Shown one piece after another: positions 34,793-45,095 of a stretch of 53,639 bases of DNA. A program made the position numbers and the translations under genes. How positions within the stretch are numbered: position 1 is the first letter of the stretch; the number at the start of each line of letters is the position of its first letter. A model generated the notes under the pieces. That model made no database searches. It worked only from the letters and a program-made list of their open reading frames with translations, and was not told the origin of the DNA. The DNA comes from an uncultured Flavobacteriia bacterium (GTDB taxonomy: Bacteria > Bacteroidota > Bacteroidia > Flavobacteriales_D > Crocinitomicaceae): the NCBI GenBank assembly GCA_903887095.1, contig CAISOQ010000203.1:1-53639 (forward strand), read 5' to 3'.

Positions 34793-34904
34793 CGTGAATT
34801 TATTTGAATTAAAAATAGCGATCTTTTTAAGAATAAAATGCAAAAAAATCATTTTTTCCGTTGAACAATGTATCGGGAAATACAAGGAAATAATCTGTTC
34901 TGCT

Positions 34905-34912
34905 TATCTTTG
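34905..34912 (+). promoter_or_regulatory. -7 promoter box TATCTTTG upstream of aspS
   Basis: Exact TAnnTTTG match 17 nt before the aspS ATG (34930). Confidence 0.4.
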
Positions 34913-34929
34913 CACCTCATTAATTGAAT

Positions 34930-36675
34930 ATGTATAGATCACACACATGTGGCGAATTGCGCCCTACAAATATTGGACAGGAAGTAACATTAGCGGGGTG
35001 GATGCAACGTTCCCGTGACTTAGGGGGAATGACCTTTGTTGACCTAAGGGACAGATATGGAATTACGCAACTTGCTTTCAATATGGAAGACAATGCAGAA
35101 TTGTGCGAAAAAGCAAGAAAATTGGGGCGCGAGTTTGTGATTCAGGTGAATGGAAACGTAATTGAACGTTCAAGTAAAAACAAGAACATTCCAACAGGAG
35201 AAATTGAGATTCAAGTTACTGCTTTGACAATTCTAAATGCCGCGAAACTGCCGCCGTTTACGATAGAAGACGAAACAGATGGTGGCGATGAGCTGCGCAT
35301 GCAATACCGTTATTTGGATTTAAGAAGAAATCCCGTGCAACAGAAACTAATGCTGCGAAATAAGGTTGCTCTTGAAACGCGTGTGTATTTAAATTCCAAA
35401 GATTTTTTGGATGTTGAAACACCAGTTTTGATTAAGTCAACACCAGAAGGAGCGCGTGATTTCGTTGTGCCAAGTCGCATGAACGAAGGACAATTTTATG
35501 CCCTTCCACAGTCGCCACAAACGTTCAAACAGTTATTGATGGTTTCAGGTTTCGATCGTTATTACCAGATCGTAAAATGTTTCCGAGATGAAGATTTACG
35601 TGCTGACCGCCAACCGGAATTCACGCAGATTGATTGTGAAATGGCGTTTGTAGAGCAGGATGATATTTTGAATACGTTTGAAGGATTAATCAAACATTTA
35701 TTTAAGACTGTTCGAGGTGTCGAGTTCACTGAATCATTCCCAAGAATGGATTATGCCGAAGCGATGGCACGGTATGGATCAGACAAGCCAGACATCCGAT
35801 TTGGGATGGAATTTGTGGATTTGAACGATGAAGCAAAAGGAAAAGGATTTGCCATATTCGATAGTGCTGAAGCGGTTATTGCTATCAATGCGGAAGATTG
35901 TGTGGAGTATACCCGCAAGCAAATCGATGAATTGACGGAGTGGGTGAAACGACCACAGATTGGTGCAAAAGGATTGGTTTATGTGCGATGCAATGCCGAT
36001 GGAACCTTTAAATCTTCGGTTGATAAATTCTATTCACAAGAAGATTTGGCTCAATGGGCCGAAAAAGCCAATGCTAAACCTGGAGATTTACTTTTGGTGT
36101 TGAGCGGTGATCTTGAAAAGACGCGCAAGCAAATGAATGAACTTCGTTTGCACATGGGAAATGAATTGGGATTGCGTAATCCGAATGTGTTTAAACCTCT
36201 ATGGGTGCTGGATTTTCCATTATTGGAGTGGGACGAAGAAAGTGGCCGCTACCATGCCATGCATCACCCGTTTACTTCTCCGAAACCAGAAGACATGCAC
36301 CTGATCCAAACGGATCCAGGAAAAGTGCGTGCGAATGCCTACGACCTTGCAATGAACGGAGTAGAATTGGGCGGTGGATCGATTCGTATCCATGACCGTG
36401 ATTTGCAATCACGCATGTTTGATTTGCTTGGATTTACAAAAGAAGAGGCGCAGGAACAGTTCGGATTCTTAATGAGTGCATTTGAATACGGCGCACCGCC
36501 GCATGGAGGATTGGCATTTGGTCTAGATCGTTTGGTGGCAACTATGGGAGGTTCAGAATCGATCCGCGATTACATTGCGTTTCCAAAAAATAATAGCGGT
36601 CGCGACACAATGATTGATGCACCATCACCATTGAACGAAGCCCAATTGAAAGAATTAGGGATTAACATCCTTTAA
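34930..36675 (+). CDS. aspS: Aspartyl-tRNA synthetase
   Basis: [12 protein letters not shown]-terminus and class II motifs ([31 protein letters not shown]). The track start at 34924 is TTG. Confidence 0.97.
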   Translation: MYRSHTCGELRPTNIGQEVTLAGWMQRSRDLGGMTFVDLRDRYGITQLAFNMEDNAELCEKARKLGREFVIQVNGNVIERSSKNKNIPTGEIEIQVTALTILNAAKLPPFTIEDETDGGDELRMQYRYLDLRRNPVQQKLMLRNKVALETRVYLNSKDFLDVETPVLIKSTPEGARDFVVPSRMNEGQFYALPQSPQTFKQLLMVSGFDRYYQIVKCFRDEDLRADRQPEFTQIDCEMAFVEQDDILNTFEGLIKHLFKTVRGVEFTESFPRMDYAEAMARYGSDKPDIRFGMEFVDLNDEAKGKGFAIFDSAEAVIAINAEDCVEYTRKQIDELTEWVKRPQIGAKGLVYVRCNADGTFKSSVDKFYSQEDLAQWAEKANAKPGDLLLVLSGDLEKTRKQMNELRLHMGNELGLRNPNVFKPLWVLDFPLLEWDEESGRYHAMHHPFTSPKPEDMHLIQTDPGKVRANAYDLAMNGVELGGGSIRIHDRDLQSRMFDLLGFTKEEAQEQFGFLMSAFEYGAPPHGGLAFGLDRLVATMGGSESIRDYIAFPKNNSGRDTMIDAPSPLNEAQLKELGINIL

Positions 36676-36684
36676 TAAGAATTT

Positions 36685-38151
36685 ATGAGCATACATCAGG
36701 GAAAACTTCAGATTTACAATAGTCTTTCGGGACAAAAAGAAAAGTTCGAACCAATCCACCAAGGTCGAGTGGGGATGTATGTCTGTGGACCGACTTTGTA
36801 CAGTGAGCCGCACATGGGGAACATGCGCACGTTCATCAACTTTGACATGATCTACCGTTACCTCTTATTGCTTGATTACAAGGTGAAATATGTTCGCAAC
36901 ATTACGGATGCAGGACATATCACCAATAGTTTGGGTGAGGCGGTAGACAGCATCGGTTCCGCTGCTCGTTTGGAACAAGTTCAATCACTTGAAATAGTTT
37001 ACAAGTACAACGTGAAATTTCAGGAATTGCAGCGTATTTACAATATGTTGGCACCTTCGATTGAACCTACAGCTACCGGCCACATTCAAGAACAGATTGA
37101 ATTAATTGAGCAGATACTAGAAAATGGTTTTGCTTACGTGGTGAATGGTTCCGTGTATTTTGATGTAAAAAAATACAGTGAGAAATACGAATACGGTATT
37201 TTAAGTGGTCGCAGAGTAGATGAACTCGCTGAAGAAACACGTACGTTGAATGCACAGGACGAAAAACGTTTTTTTGCGGATTTCGCTTTGTGGAAAAAAG
37301 CCAATCCAGAAGACATGCAAATCTGGCGTTCTCCATGGGGAGATGGCAATCCCGGTTGGCACATCGAATGCACGGCAATGAGTACCAAATACCTCGGTTC
37401 ACATTTCGATATTCACGGCGGCGGCATGGACTTAAAATTTCCGCACCACGAGGACGAGATTGCTCAAAGTTGTGGTTCATTGGGTTGTAATCCTGCGAAA
37501 TACTGGATGCACGCCAACATGCTCAATGTCAACGGACAGAAAATGAGTAAGTCTTTCGGGAATTACTTTCTACCAAAGGAGATTGTTGAGGGAACCACTG
37601 AATTATTTGATAAACCGTACAGTCCAAATGTTCTTCGTTTTTGCATGATGCAGGCGCATTACAGAAGTACCTTGGATCTTTCACAAGATTCTTTGGACGC
37701 AGCGGAAAAGGGTTACACCCGTTTATCTGATGCGATGATGTTATTGGATAAACTTAATACTTCAGCTGAATCCTCATTTGATGTAAAATCAATCGTGGAT
37801 TCTTTTTACAATGCCATGGATGATGATTTCAATGCTCCCATGCTTATTGCAAATTTGTTTGAAGCAGTTCGTCGAATCAATTTGGTGAACGACGGAAAAG
37901 AAACACTTTCTGCGACGGATAGAGACCTAATGAAAAAGGAAATGAAGGCTTTCGTTCTCGACGTGCTTGGACTTCAGGTAGGAGTTGCAAATAGTGATTC
38001 CAAATTAGCACCTGTCATGGACCTAGTGCTCGAATTGCGACAGCAAGCGCGCACCAACAAAGATTGGACAACCTCCGATAAGATCCGAGATGGATTAGCC
38101 GCTGCCGGGATTACCGTTAAAGATTCGAAAGAAGGCACGAATTGGAGTTAA
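36685..38151 (+). CDS. cysS: Cysteinyl-tRNA synthetase
   Basis: HIGH-type motif (PHMGNMRT), KMSKS, and zinc-site residues (WHIEC). Confidence 0.96.
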   Translation: MSIHQGKLQIYNSLSGQKEKFEPIHQGRVGMYVCGPTLYSEPHMGNMRTFINFDMIYRYLLLLDYKVKYVRNITDAGHITNSLGEAVDSIGSAARLEQVQSLEIVYKYNVKFQELQRIYNMLAPSIEPTATGHIQEQIELIEQILENGFAYVVNGSVYFDVKKYSEKYEYGILSGRRVDELAEETRTLNAQDEKRFFADFALWKKANPEDMQIWRSPWGDGNPGWHIECTAMSTKYLGSHFDIHGGGMDLKFPHHEDEIAQSCGSLGCNPAKYWMHANMLNVNGQKMSKSFGNYFLPKEIVEGTTELFDKPYSPNVLRFCMMQAHYRSTLDLSQDSLDAAEKGYTRLSDAMMLLDKLNTSAESSFDVKSIVDSFYNAMDDDFNAPMLIANLFEAVRRINLVNDGKETLSATDRDLMKKEMKAFVLDVLGLQVGVANSDSKLAPVMDLVLELRQQARTNKDWTTSDKIRDGLAAAGITVKDSKEGTNWS

Positions 38152-38288
38152 CTTTTAATTATTCTCTTAACAAAGCAATCATCTTGAATTAATTAATTTG
38201 AGATAAACTTTTAAAGCAGGCATAATCAAGCCTTAATCTTTAGATGTTTTAGAAGCAATTATTTCGCAGTGTTTTAAAAAACTGTAAA

Positions 38289-41200
38289 ATGAAATCGTTT
38301 CTCTCTTTATTTATTCGAACAAGAATTAATTCTTATCTGGTCAGGTACAACAATTCATCTGTTAAAAATTCCATAATTGGATTAAGTTGTTTGTTTGTAT
38401 CATTCTTTGCTGTTACGGAGCTAAGAGCTCAAACTACATTGGTTACTGGCGACATCGCAGTAATTGGATACAATACCAATGGTTCTCCAGACAATTTTTC
38501 AATCCTTATTCTGAAGGATCTTTCTGCTGGTACCACGTTCTACGTTAATGACAATGAATTAGCATCTTCTTCCTCAACTTCATTCACTGATTTATCTGAG
38601 GGTGAAGGGTCATTTACTGTAAAATCCGGCCAAACTATTGCGGCTGGTACAGTCATTAACTTACCATATGGTAGCAATACAGCAGTGAATGCATCTACTT
38701 ACGACTGGAGCAATACTAACTCGGGTTTGGGCAACAACAATGAGGAAATCTACATTTATACTGCATCAGCTATAACATCATCGACTCCAGATGCGTTTAT
38801 CTATTTTGCCAAAATTGGATCGTCAACAAGTGCTGTGCCGTCAACTTTATCAACAGGTGTATCTGCGATTACTCCATCGGGTGTCGCTATGAGATACACT
38901 ACTTCAGGGGCATTGTATACGAGTTGTAAATCAGAATTGTTAAATGCAATTGGTAATACAACAACTAACTGGAATTCAACAGGTGCAACGACTTTATCAA
39001 ACTCTGACTGGACGTTCACAGTGCTTCCAACCTGCCCAATAACTGTAAACCTTAGCGTGAGTGCGACAAGTGCGAGTGAGGCAAGTGCGCCATCAATCAC
39101 TATTACAGTCACAGCTTCGTCTGCAGTAAGTGTAGATGAAACCGTTTCGCTTGCAGTGAGTGGTAGTGGAATTGCATCAGGAGACTATAACCTTTCAAAT
39201 ACGACCATTACTATTCCATCAGGTTCAACGACAGGATCCGTTACAATTAGTATAATAGATGACATTCTTATTGAGGGAACAGAGACAGCAACCTTGACCA
39301 TATCAAACCCTTCTGTTGGTTTGACTTTGGGTTCAACAATCACGCAGGACATTACCATTACCGATAATGATTTAGCATCTGTGGTAATTACTCCAACGTC
39401 GGGTGGAAATGCTGTAACAGAAGGCGGTGCAACTGATTCTTACACAGTGGCTTTAAGTTCATCACCAACTTCCGATGTTATTGTTTCTGGAACACCAAAT
39501 TCTCAAGTAGGTATTTCACCTTCAAGTTTGACATTCACTTCTTCGAATTGGAATTCGCCACAAACGGTTACAGTATCAGCAGTTAACGATAATGTTGTAG
39601 AAGGAATTCACTCAGGAAGTATAAGTTATGCGGCAACATCTGCTGATGTTGTATACAATGGGATTTCAATTGCGCCACTTTCTGTTACTATTACTGATAA
39701 CGACTTGATGCATACTGTTGCCTTTGCGAAAGCTGATACTACCATTGCTGAAAACGGCGGGACAGTCAAGATCTGGCTCAAAGTGACAGCTGTTGGGAAC
39801 GCTCCCGGAACAGTTGATTTGTCTCTTTCAAGCGTGAGCAACGCAACGAATGGATCAGATTATACTATTGCATCATCGACACTTTCTATTCCTGCAAATG
39901 CTGTTCTCAATCAATTGATAGGGTTTGATTTAACCTTAAATAATGATGCTGACGCAGAATCAGATGAGTATTTGATATGTCAGCTCACAAATGCAAATGG
40001 CGCTGCAATAACCACGTCAGGAATTAAACAACACACATTGTATATCAGAGATAATGACTCTCCGATTCCAACGCCTTCCAACGCCTTCACGCTAACTCAA
40101 TTGTCTAGTTTCAGTAACGGTGCGACAGGAACAAATTCTGCTGAAATTTCAGCCTACTGCTCAGTGAGTAAACGATTATTTATAGCTAACAGTGTAGCCA
40201 ACCGTCTGGATATTTTAAACTATACCAACCCTTCCAGTCCAACGTTGATTCGATCTATCAACTTGGCCAATGCTCCTTTTTCTGGTTCCATCAATAGTGT
40301 GTACGCAAGCAATGGGAAAGTAGCTTTAGCATTGGAAGGATTATCAGATAAACAAGCAAATGGAAAAGTTGTATTTATAGATACGGCAGGAGCATACATC
40401 AGCGAAGCGCAAGTGGGAGCTATGCCGGATATGGTTGTCTTTAACCATGCAGGCACTAAGGTTCTTACAGCAAATGAGGGTGAACCAAATGCTGCTTATA
40501 CGAATGACCCCGAGGGCTCTGTTAGTATTATCGATATTAGTGCTGGTTTAGCTAGTCCATCCGTAACTACCATAGGCTTTACTTCCTACAATAGTCAAGT
40601 AGCTACTTTAAAAGCTCAGGGAATTAGAATTTTTGGATTGAACGCATCAGTTGCTCAGGATTTTGAACCAGAATACATTACGATTTCTCCAAATGATTCC
40701 ACGGCATGGGTAACTTTACAGGAAAATAACGCCTTAGCTGAAATAAATCTTTTCACCAATACGATTACGAAACTTATTCCACTTGGTTATAAAGACCACA
40801 ACCTCGCGGAGAATACGATAGATGCATCTGACAACTCCTTTGCTACCAATTTTTCATCTTTTCCTGTGAAAGGAATGTACTTGCCTGATGCTATTGCGCA
40901 TTACTCTGTAAATGGAGTCAATTATCTTGTCACTGCGAATGAAGGTGATTCCAGAGCATATTCTGGTTTTTCTGAGGAATCAAGAATTTCAGGTTTGACA
41001 CTTGATGCAACTGCTTATCCGAATGCGACTGAATGGAAAAATAACTCACTTTTGGGAAGATTGAATGCTACAAATAAAACCGGAGATACGGACGGTGATG
41101 GAGACATCGATCAAATCCATGTTTATGGTGCTAGATCGTTCAGTATTTGGAATCCAGCTGCTGCGAATCCTTTGGTTTATGATAGTAAAAATGAATTGGA

Positions 41201-41975
41201 AAAAATCACATTCAATCATCCCACTTATGGTTCGTTCTTTAATATGTCGAATACAGTTGGAACAGGTGCGCTCAAAAATAGAAGTGACGACAAAGGCCCT
41301 GAACCAGAAGGAGTTGCAATAGGTAAGTTAGGTAGTAAAACGTACGCTTTCATTGTATTAGAGCGTATTGGTGGAGTAATGGTTTATGACATCTCAAATC
41401 CTGCAGCTCCTCAGTATGTAACCTATATCAATAATAGACAGGCATCTACAGGTGATCGTGGTGCAGAGGGTATTATTTTCATTGATGCAGCGAGCAGTCC
41501 AAACGGGCTTCCTCTTGTGGTAGTATCAAATGAAGTTAGCAGCACAGTTACTACATATCAAATAAATTGTTTGATACTAAATCCCACCATTTCAGCAGTA
41601 TCAAATACATTCTGTCCAGGATCAAGTACTTCTTTGAGTGTATCGGGAATTTCGAACCCAGCATCTTATAGTTGGTCAAACGGTGCAACAAGTTCAACAA
41701 TCACAACTGGAGACTATGGCACCTATACAGTTTCTATCACCGATGCTAACGGATGCACATATTCAACTCCTGCAAAGGTTCTTGCTAATTGTGATAAACC
41801 TGATCTAAACAATAATGGAATAACGGATGTCGATGATTTCTTATTATTCGCCCCTCAATTTGGATCTTCATGCACTGGATGTACTTCTGATTTTAATCAT
41901 GATGGTGTTGTAAATGTGGACGATTTCCTTCTTTTCGCACCAAGATTCAGCCAAACTTGTAGTTGTGCACCGTAG
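38289..41975 (+). CDS. Giant secreted protein: Calx-beta-type domains, a choice-of-anchor-I domain, an Ig-like module and a dockerin-like C-terminal repeat pair
   Basis: Calx-beta-like segments (e.g. SGDYNLSNTTITIPSGSTTGSVTISIIDDILIEGTE). Choice-of-anchor-I hallmarks are AEISAY, MPDMVVF..ANEGEP..DPEGSVSIID, EPEYITIS..LQENNA, GYKDH, ANEGDSR, GARSFSIW, DDKGPEPEGV and SNEVSSTVTTYQI. The C-terminus is DLNNNGITDVDDFLLFAPQF / DFNHDGVVNVDDFLLFAPRF. Confidence 0.85.
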   Translation: MKSFLSLFIRTRINSYLVRYNNSSVKNSIIGLSCLFVSFFAVTELRAQTTLVTGDIAVIGYNTNGSPDNFSILILKDLSAGTTFYVNDNELASSSSTSFTDLSEGEGSFTVKSGQTIAAGTVINLPYGSNTAVNASTYDWSNTNSGLGNNNEEIYIYTASAITSSTPDAFIYFAKIGSSTSAVPSTLSTGVSAITPSGVAMRYTTSGALYTSCKSELLNAIGNTTTNWNSTGATTLSNSDWTFTVLPTCPITVNLSVSATSASEASAPSITITVTASSAVSVDETVSLAVSGSGIASGDYNLSNTTITIPSGSTTGSVTISIIDDILIEGTETATLTISNPSVGLTLGSTITQDITITDNDLASVVITPTSGGNAVTEGGATDSYTVALSSSPTSDVIVSGTPNSQVGISPSSLTFTSSNWNSPQTVTVSAVNDNVVEGIHSGSISYAATSADVVYNGISIAPLSVTITDNDLMHTVAFAKADTTIAENGGTVKIWLKVTAVGNAPGTVDLSLSSVSNATNGSDYTIASSTLSIPANAVLNQLIGFDLTLNNDADAESDEYLICQLTNANGAAITTSGIKQHTLYIRDNDSPIPTPSNAFTLTQLSSFSNGATGTNSAEISAYCSVSKRLFIANSVANRLDILNYTNPSSPTLIRSINLANAPFSGSINSVYASNGKVALALEGLSDKQANGKVVFIDTAGAYISEAQVGAMPDMVVFNHAGTKVLTANEGEPNAAYTNDPEGSVSIIDISAGLASPSVTTIGFTSYNSQVATLKAQGIRIFGLNASVAQDFEPEYITISPNDSTAWVTLQENNALAEINLFTNTITKLIPLGYKDHNLAENTIDASDNSFATNFSSFPVKGMYLPDAIAHYSVNGVNYLVTANEGDSRAYSGFSEESRISGLTLDATAYPNATEWKNNSLLGRLNATNKTGDTDGDGDIDQIHVYGARSFSIWNPAAANPLVYDSKNELEKITFNHPTYGSFFNMSNTVGTGALKNRSDDKGPEPEGVAIGKLGSKTYAFIVLERIGGVMVYDISNPAAPQYVTYINNRQASTGDRGAEGIIFIDAASSPNGLPLVVVSNEVSSTVTTYQINCLILNPTISAVSNTFCPGSSTSLSVSGISNPASYSWSNGATSSTITTGDYGTYTVSITDANGCTYSTPAKVLANCDKPDLNNNGITDVDDFLLFAPQFGSSCTGCTSDFNHDGVVNVDDFLLFAPRFSQTCSCAP

Positions 41976-42025
41976 TTCTTAAATGGCTTTTAATTGACTT
42001 AAGATAATTTTATCGATTTTTTATA

Positions 42026-42059
42026 CTGGCCCATCTTTCGCAGATGGGCCAGCTTTTTT
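42026..42059 (+). terminator. Rho-independent terminator after the giant secreted-protein gene
   Basis: CTGGCCCATCT-ttcgc-AGATGGGCCAG (11-bp perfect stem) followed by CTTTTTT. Confidence 0.85.
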
Positions 42060-42207
42060 AATAATCAAGAACGATTTTAAGACTCCATAATTAATTAACC
42101 TTTAGAATATGTATAAAATTCATTCTAGGGTTTGTCATGGGAGTAAAGTATTGATTCGCTTTTAAAATAAAGATTTCTTCATTTATAGAATAATCGAACT
42201 TATTTAA

Positions 42208-42237
42208 TTGCGTTGATGTAATTTTCAAATAGCTTTG
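42208..42237 (+). promoter_or_regulatory. Candidate Bacteroidetes promoter for polA (-33 TTG, 19-nt spacer, -7 TAGCTTTG)
   Basis: TTG at 42208-42210 and TAGCTTTG at 42230-42237 with a 19-nt spacer. The ORF-track TTG start at 42235 is part of this box. Confidence 0.5.
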
Positions 42238-42267
42238 CAACACGCACTAACTAAGAGCCACAAAAAA

Positions 42268-45084
42268 ATGTTATCTCAAAATACCGATAAAAAACTCTTC
42301 CTTCTTGATGCTTACGCATTGATCTACAGAGCTTATTTTGCTTTTGCAAAGAATCCTCGAATTAATTCAAAAGGGCAAAACACATCTGCAGCATTTGGGT
42401 TTACCAATGTTTTGATCGATGTGATTAAGAATGAAAAACCAACGCATTTAGCCGTCGTATTTGATCCCCCAGGAGGATCGGTTCATCGCCAGGCAGATTT
42501 TGAAGCATACAAAGCACACCGAGAAGAAATGCCGGAAGACATTCGTTCGATGATACAGCCTATCAAACAAATTATCGAAGCATTTAAAGTTCCCGTATTA
42601 CAAGTGGATGGGTATGAGGCCGATGATGTGATTGGAACCGTGGCAAAAATTGCCGAAAGAAAGGGGTATACAACCTACATGATGACGCCTGATAAGGATT
42701 ACGGACAGTTGGTTTCTGATAAGATTTTTATGTACAAACCAGGAAGAGGTGGTGCACCAGCTGAAATTCTTGGGGTGAAAGAAATTTGCGAAAAATTTGA
42801 GGTCAAACATCCACTTCAAGTAATAGATATTTTAGGCTTGTGGGGAGATGCTTCAGACAACATTCCAGGAATTCCAGGAATTGGAGAAAAAACAGCAAAA
42901 GCATTGATTCAGAAATACGAATCAATGGAAAATATCATTGCCAATGCTCATGAACTAAAAGGAAAGCAGCAAGAGAATGTCATCAACTTTGCAGAGCAGG
43001 GTCGAATTTCAAAAATGCTTGCAACCATTATCATCGATTTGGACGTCGAATTTGACGAAGAGGCGCTCATTATGTGTGATGTAGATACAGAAAAGGTCAA
43101 AGAAATATTCACAGAACTGGAATTCAGAAACCTTGCCCGAAGAGTGATCGGTGAAGAAATTGTAGTAACTGCTTCCCCATCATCTCCCTCTCCAAAAGAC
43201 TCTGGACAATTGGATCTGTTTGGTGTGCAAAGTATGTTGGTCGACCAAGATCCGACTCCTACAGCAGAATATAAAACCATAGCTACTGAAAAACCGAGCT
43301 ACCACCTTATTACAACACCGGAAGAACGCAAAGAATTGCTCGATATCCTATTGAAACAAGCGCAGGTTTGTTTTGATACAGAAACAACAGATATAGATGC
43401 AATGCATGCTGATTTAGTTGGAATGTCTTTTTCGTACAAAGCACGCGAGGCTTTTTATGTAGCCTTTCCTGCTGATTTTGAAGCAGCTAAAAGTATTGTA
43501 CATGAGTTTGCTCCATTTTTTCAATCTGAACAAATCGAGAAAATTGCCCACAATATTAAGTATGATTTGAAGGTGCTTCATCGTTATGCAATGGAAGTTG
43601 CAACGCCAACGTTTGATACCATGATTGCACATTATTTGATCAATCCGGAATCAAAACAAAGCATGGATTTTCTTTCTGAATTTTACCTGAAATACAAGCC
43701 TATTTCGATAGAAACATTAATTGGCAAGAAAGGAAAAGGGCAAGGGAATATGCGTGACCTCAAACCCGAAGAAGTATCAGATTATGCTTGCGAAGATGCG
43801 GATGTTACCTTCCAATTGAAGCAACTTTTTGAGCCTGAAATTCAGAAGGAACATTTAAAGGATTTATTTTACAAAATCGAGATGCCGTTGGTTGATGTCC
43901 TCAAAAACATGGAGCAGGAAGGCATTGCTATTGATGTGAAAGGTCTGAAGGAGTATTCCACCGAACTGGAAAAAACACTCGTTGATCTCGATGCTCGAAT
44001 CAAGGAAGAAGCTGGGATTACGTTCAATATTGATTCTCCGAAACAACTCGGGGAAGTGCTTTTTGATCACTTAAAGATCGATCCAAAAGCGAAAAAAACG
44101 AAGACAGGGCAATATGCTACCTCTGAGGATGTGCTTGTAAAGCATGAGAAGACACACCCAATTATTCTGATGATACTTGAGTACCGCCAACTGCGCAAGT
44201 TAAAAAGTACTTATGTAGATCCGTTACCAACGATGACAGATCGCATAGATGGGCGTGTACATACGAACTTTATGCAAACAGTTACTGCAACGGGTCGATT
44301 GAGTTCGAACAATCCAAATTTGCAGAATATTCCAATTAAAACAGACAAGGGAAAGGAAATTAGAAAAGCATTTATTCCACGTGACAAAGACCATGTGATA
44401 ATGGCAGCGGATTATTCGCAAATTGAGTTGAGAATCATTGCAGCCTTGAGTGGAGATGAACACATGATAGAAGCCTTCAAAAATCGCTTTGATATCCATA
44501 CTTCAACAGCATCGAAAGTGTTTCATACCCCTATGGATGAGGTGACCAAAGATCAGCGAAGCGCGGCCAAAGCTGTTAATTTTGGGATTCTTTACGGGCA
44601 GTCTGCTTTTGGATTATCTCAGAGTTTAAATATATCTAGAACGGAAGCAAAAGGCATTATTGATAGTTATTTTGAACAATTTTCTGCTTTGAAAAAATAC
44701 ATGGATTCTATTGTGCATGAAGCAAGAGAAAACGGTTATGTTGAAACGCTATCAAAAAGAAGAAGGTATTTGCCGGACATCAACTCCGCCAATGCCGTTG
44801 TTAGAGGTTTTGCCGAAAGAAATGCTGTGAATGCTCCTATTCAGGGTTCTGCTGCCGATATTATTAAAATGGCGATGGTTAAAGTGCAAGAGGAAATGAA
44901 GAAACGCAAATTGCAGTCAAAAATGATTCTTCAGGTGCATGATGAATTGGTATTTGACGTGCTGAAGTCAGAGATCGATGAAATGAAAGTATTGGTTCAA
45001 GATGCGATGGAAAATGCAGTTGATATTGGTGTCCCAACCGAAGTGCAAGTTGACTTAGGCGATAATTGGTTGGATGCGCATTAA
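42268..45084 (+). CDS. polA: DNA polymerase I
   Basis: A 5'-nuclease domain (LLDAYALIYRAYFA, GIPGIGEKTA), a 3'-5' exonuclease domain (FDTETT) and pol motifs (DYSQIELR, KAVNFGILYG, QVHDELV). The first ATG is at 42268. Confidence 0.96.
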   Translation: MLSQNTDKKLFLLDAYALIYRAYFAFAKNPRINSKGQNTSAAFGFTNVLIDVIKNEKPTHLAVVFDPPGGSVHRQADFEAYKAHREEMPEDIRSMIQPIKQIIEAFKVPVLQVDGYEADDVIGTVAKIAERKGYTTYMMTPDKDYGQLVSDKIFMYKPGRGGAPAEILGVKEICEKFEVKHPLQVIDILGLWGDASDNIPGIPGIGEKTAKALIQKYESMENIIANAHELKGKQQENVINFAEQGRISKMLATIIIDLDVEFDEEALIMCDVDTEKVKEIFTELEFRNLARRVIGEEIVVTASPSSPSPKDSGQLDLFGVQSMLVDQDPTPTAEYKTIATEKPSYHLITTPEERKELLDILLKQAQVCFDTETTDIDAMHADLVGMSFSYKAREAFYVAFPADFEAAKSIVHEFAPFFQSEQIEKIAHNIKYDLKVLHRYAMEVATPTFDTMIAHYLINPESKQSMDFLSEFYLKYKPISIETLIGKKGKGQGNMRDLKPEEVSDYACEDADVTFQLKQLFEPEIQKEHLKDLFYKIEMPLVDVLKNMEQEGIAIDVKGLKEYSTELEKTLVDLDARIKEEAGITFNIDSPKQLGEVLFDHLKIDPKAKKTKTGQYATSEDVLVKHEKTHPIILMILEYRQLRKLKSTYVDPLPTMTDRIDGRVHTNFMQTVTATGRLSSNNPNLQNIPIKTDKGKEIRKAFIPRDKDHVIMAADYSQIELRIIAALSGDEHMIEAFKNRFDIHTSTASKVFHTPMDEVTKDQRSAAKAVNFGILYGQSAFGLSQSLNISRTEAKGIIDSYFEQFSALKKYMDSIVHEARENGYVETLSKRRRYLPDINSANAVVRGFAERNAVNAPIQGSAADIIKMAMVKVQEEMKKRKLQSKMILQVHDELVFDVLKSEIDEMKVLVQDAMENAVDIGVPTEVQVDLGDNWLDAH

Positions 45085-45095
45085 GAGTGTGTAAT

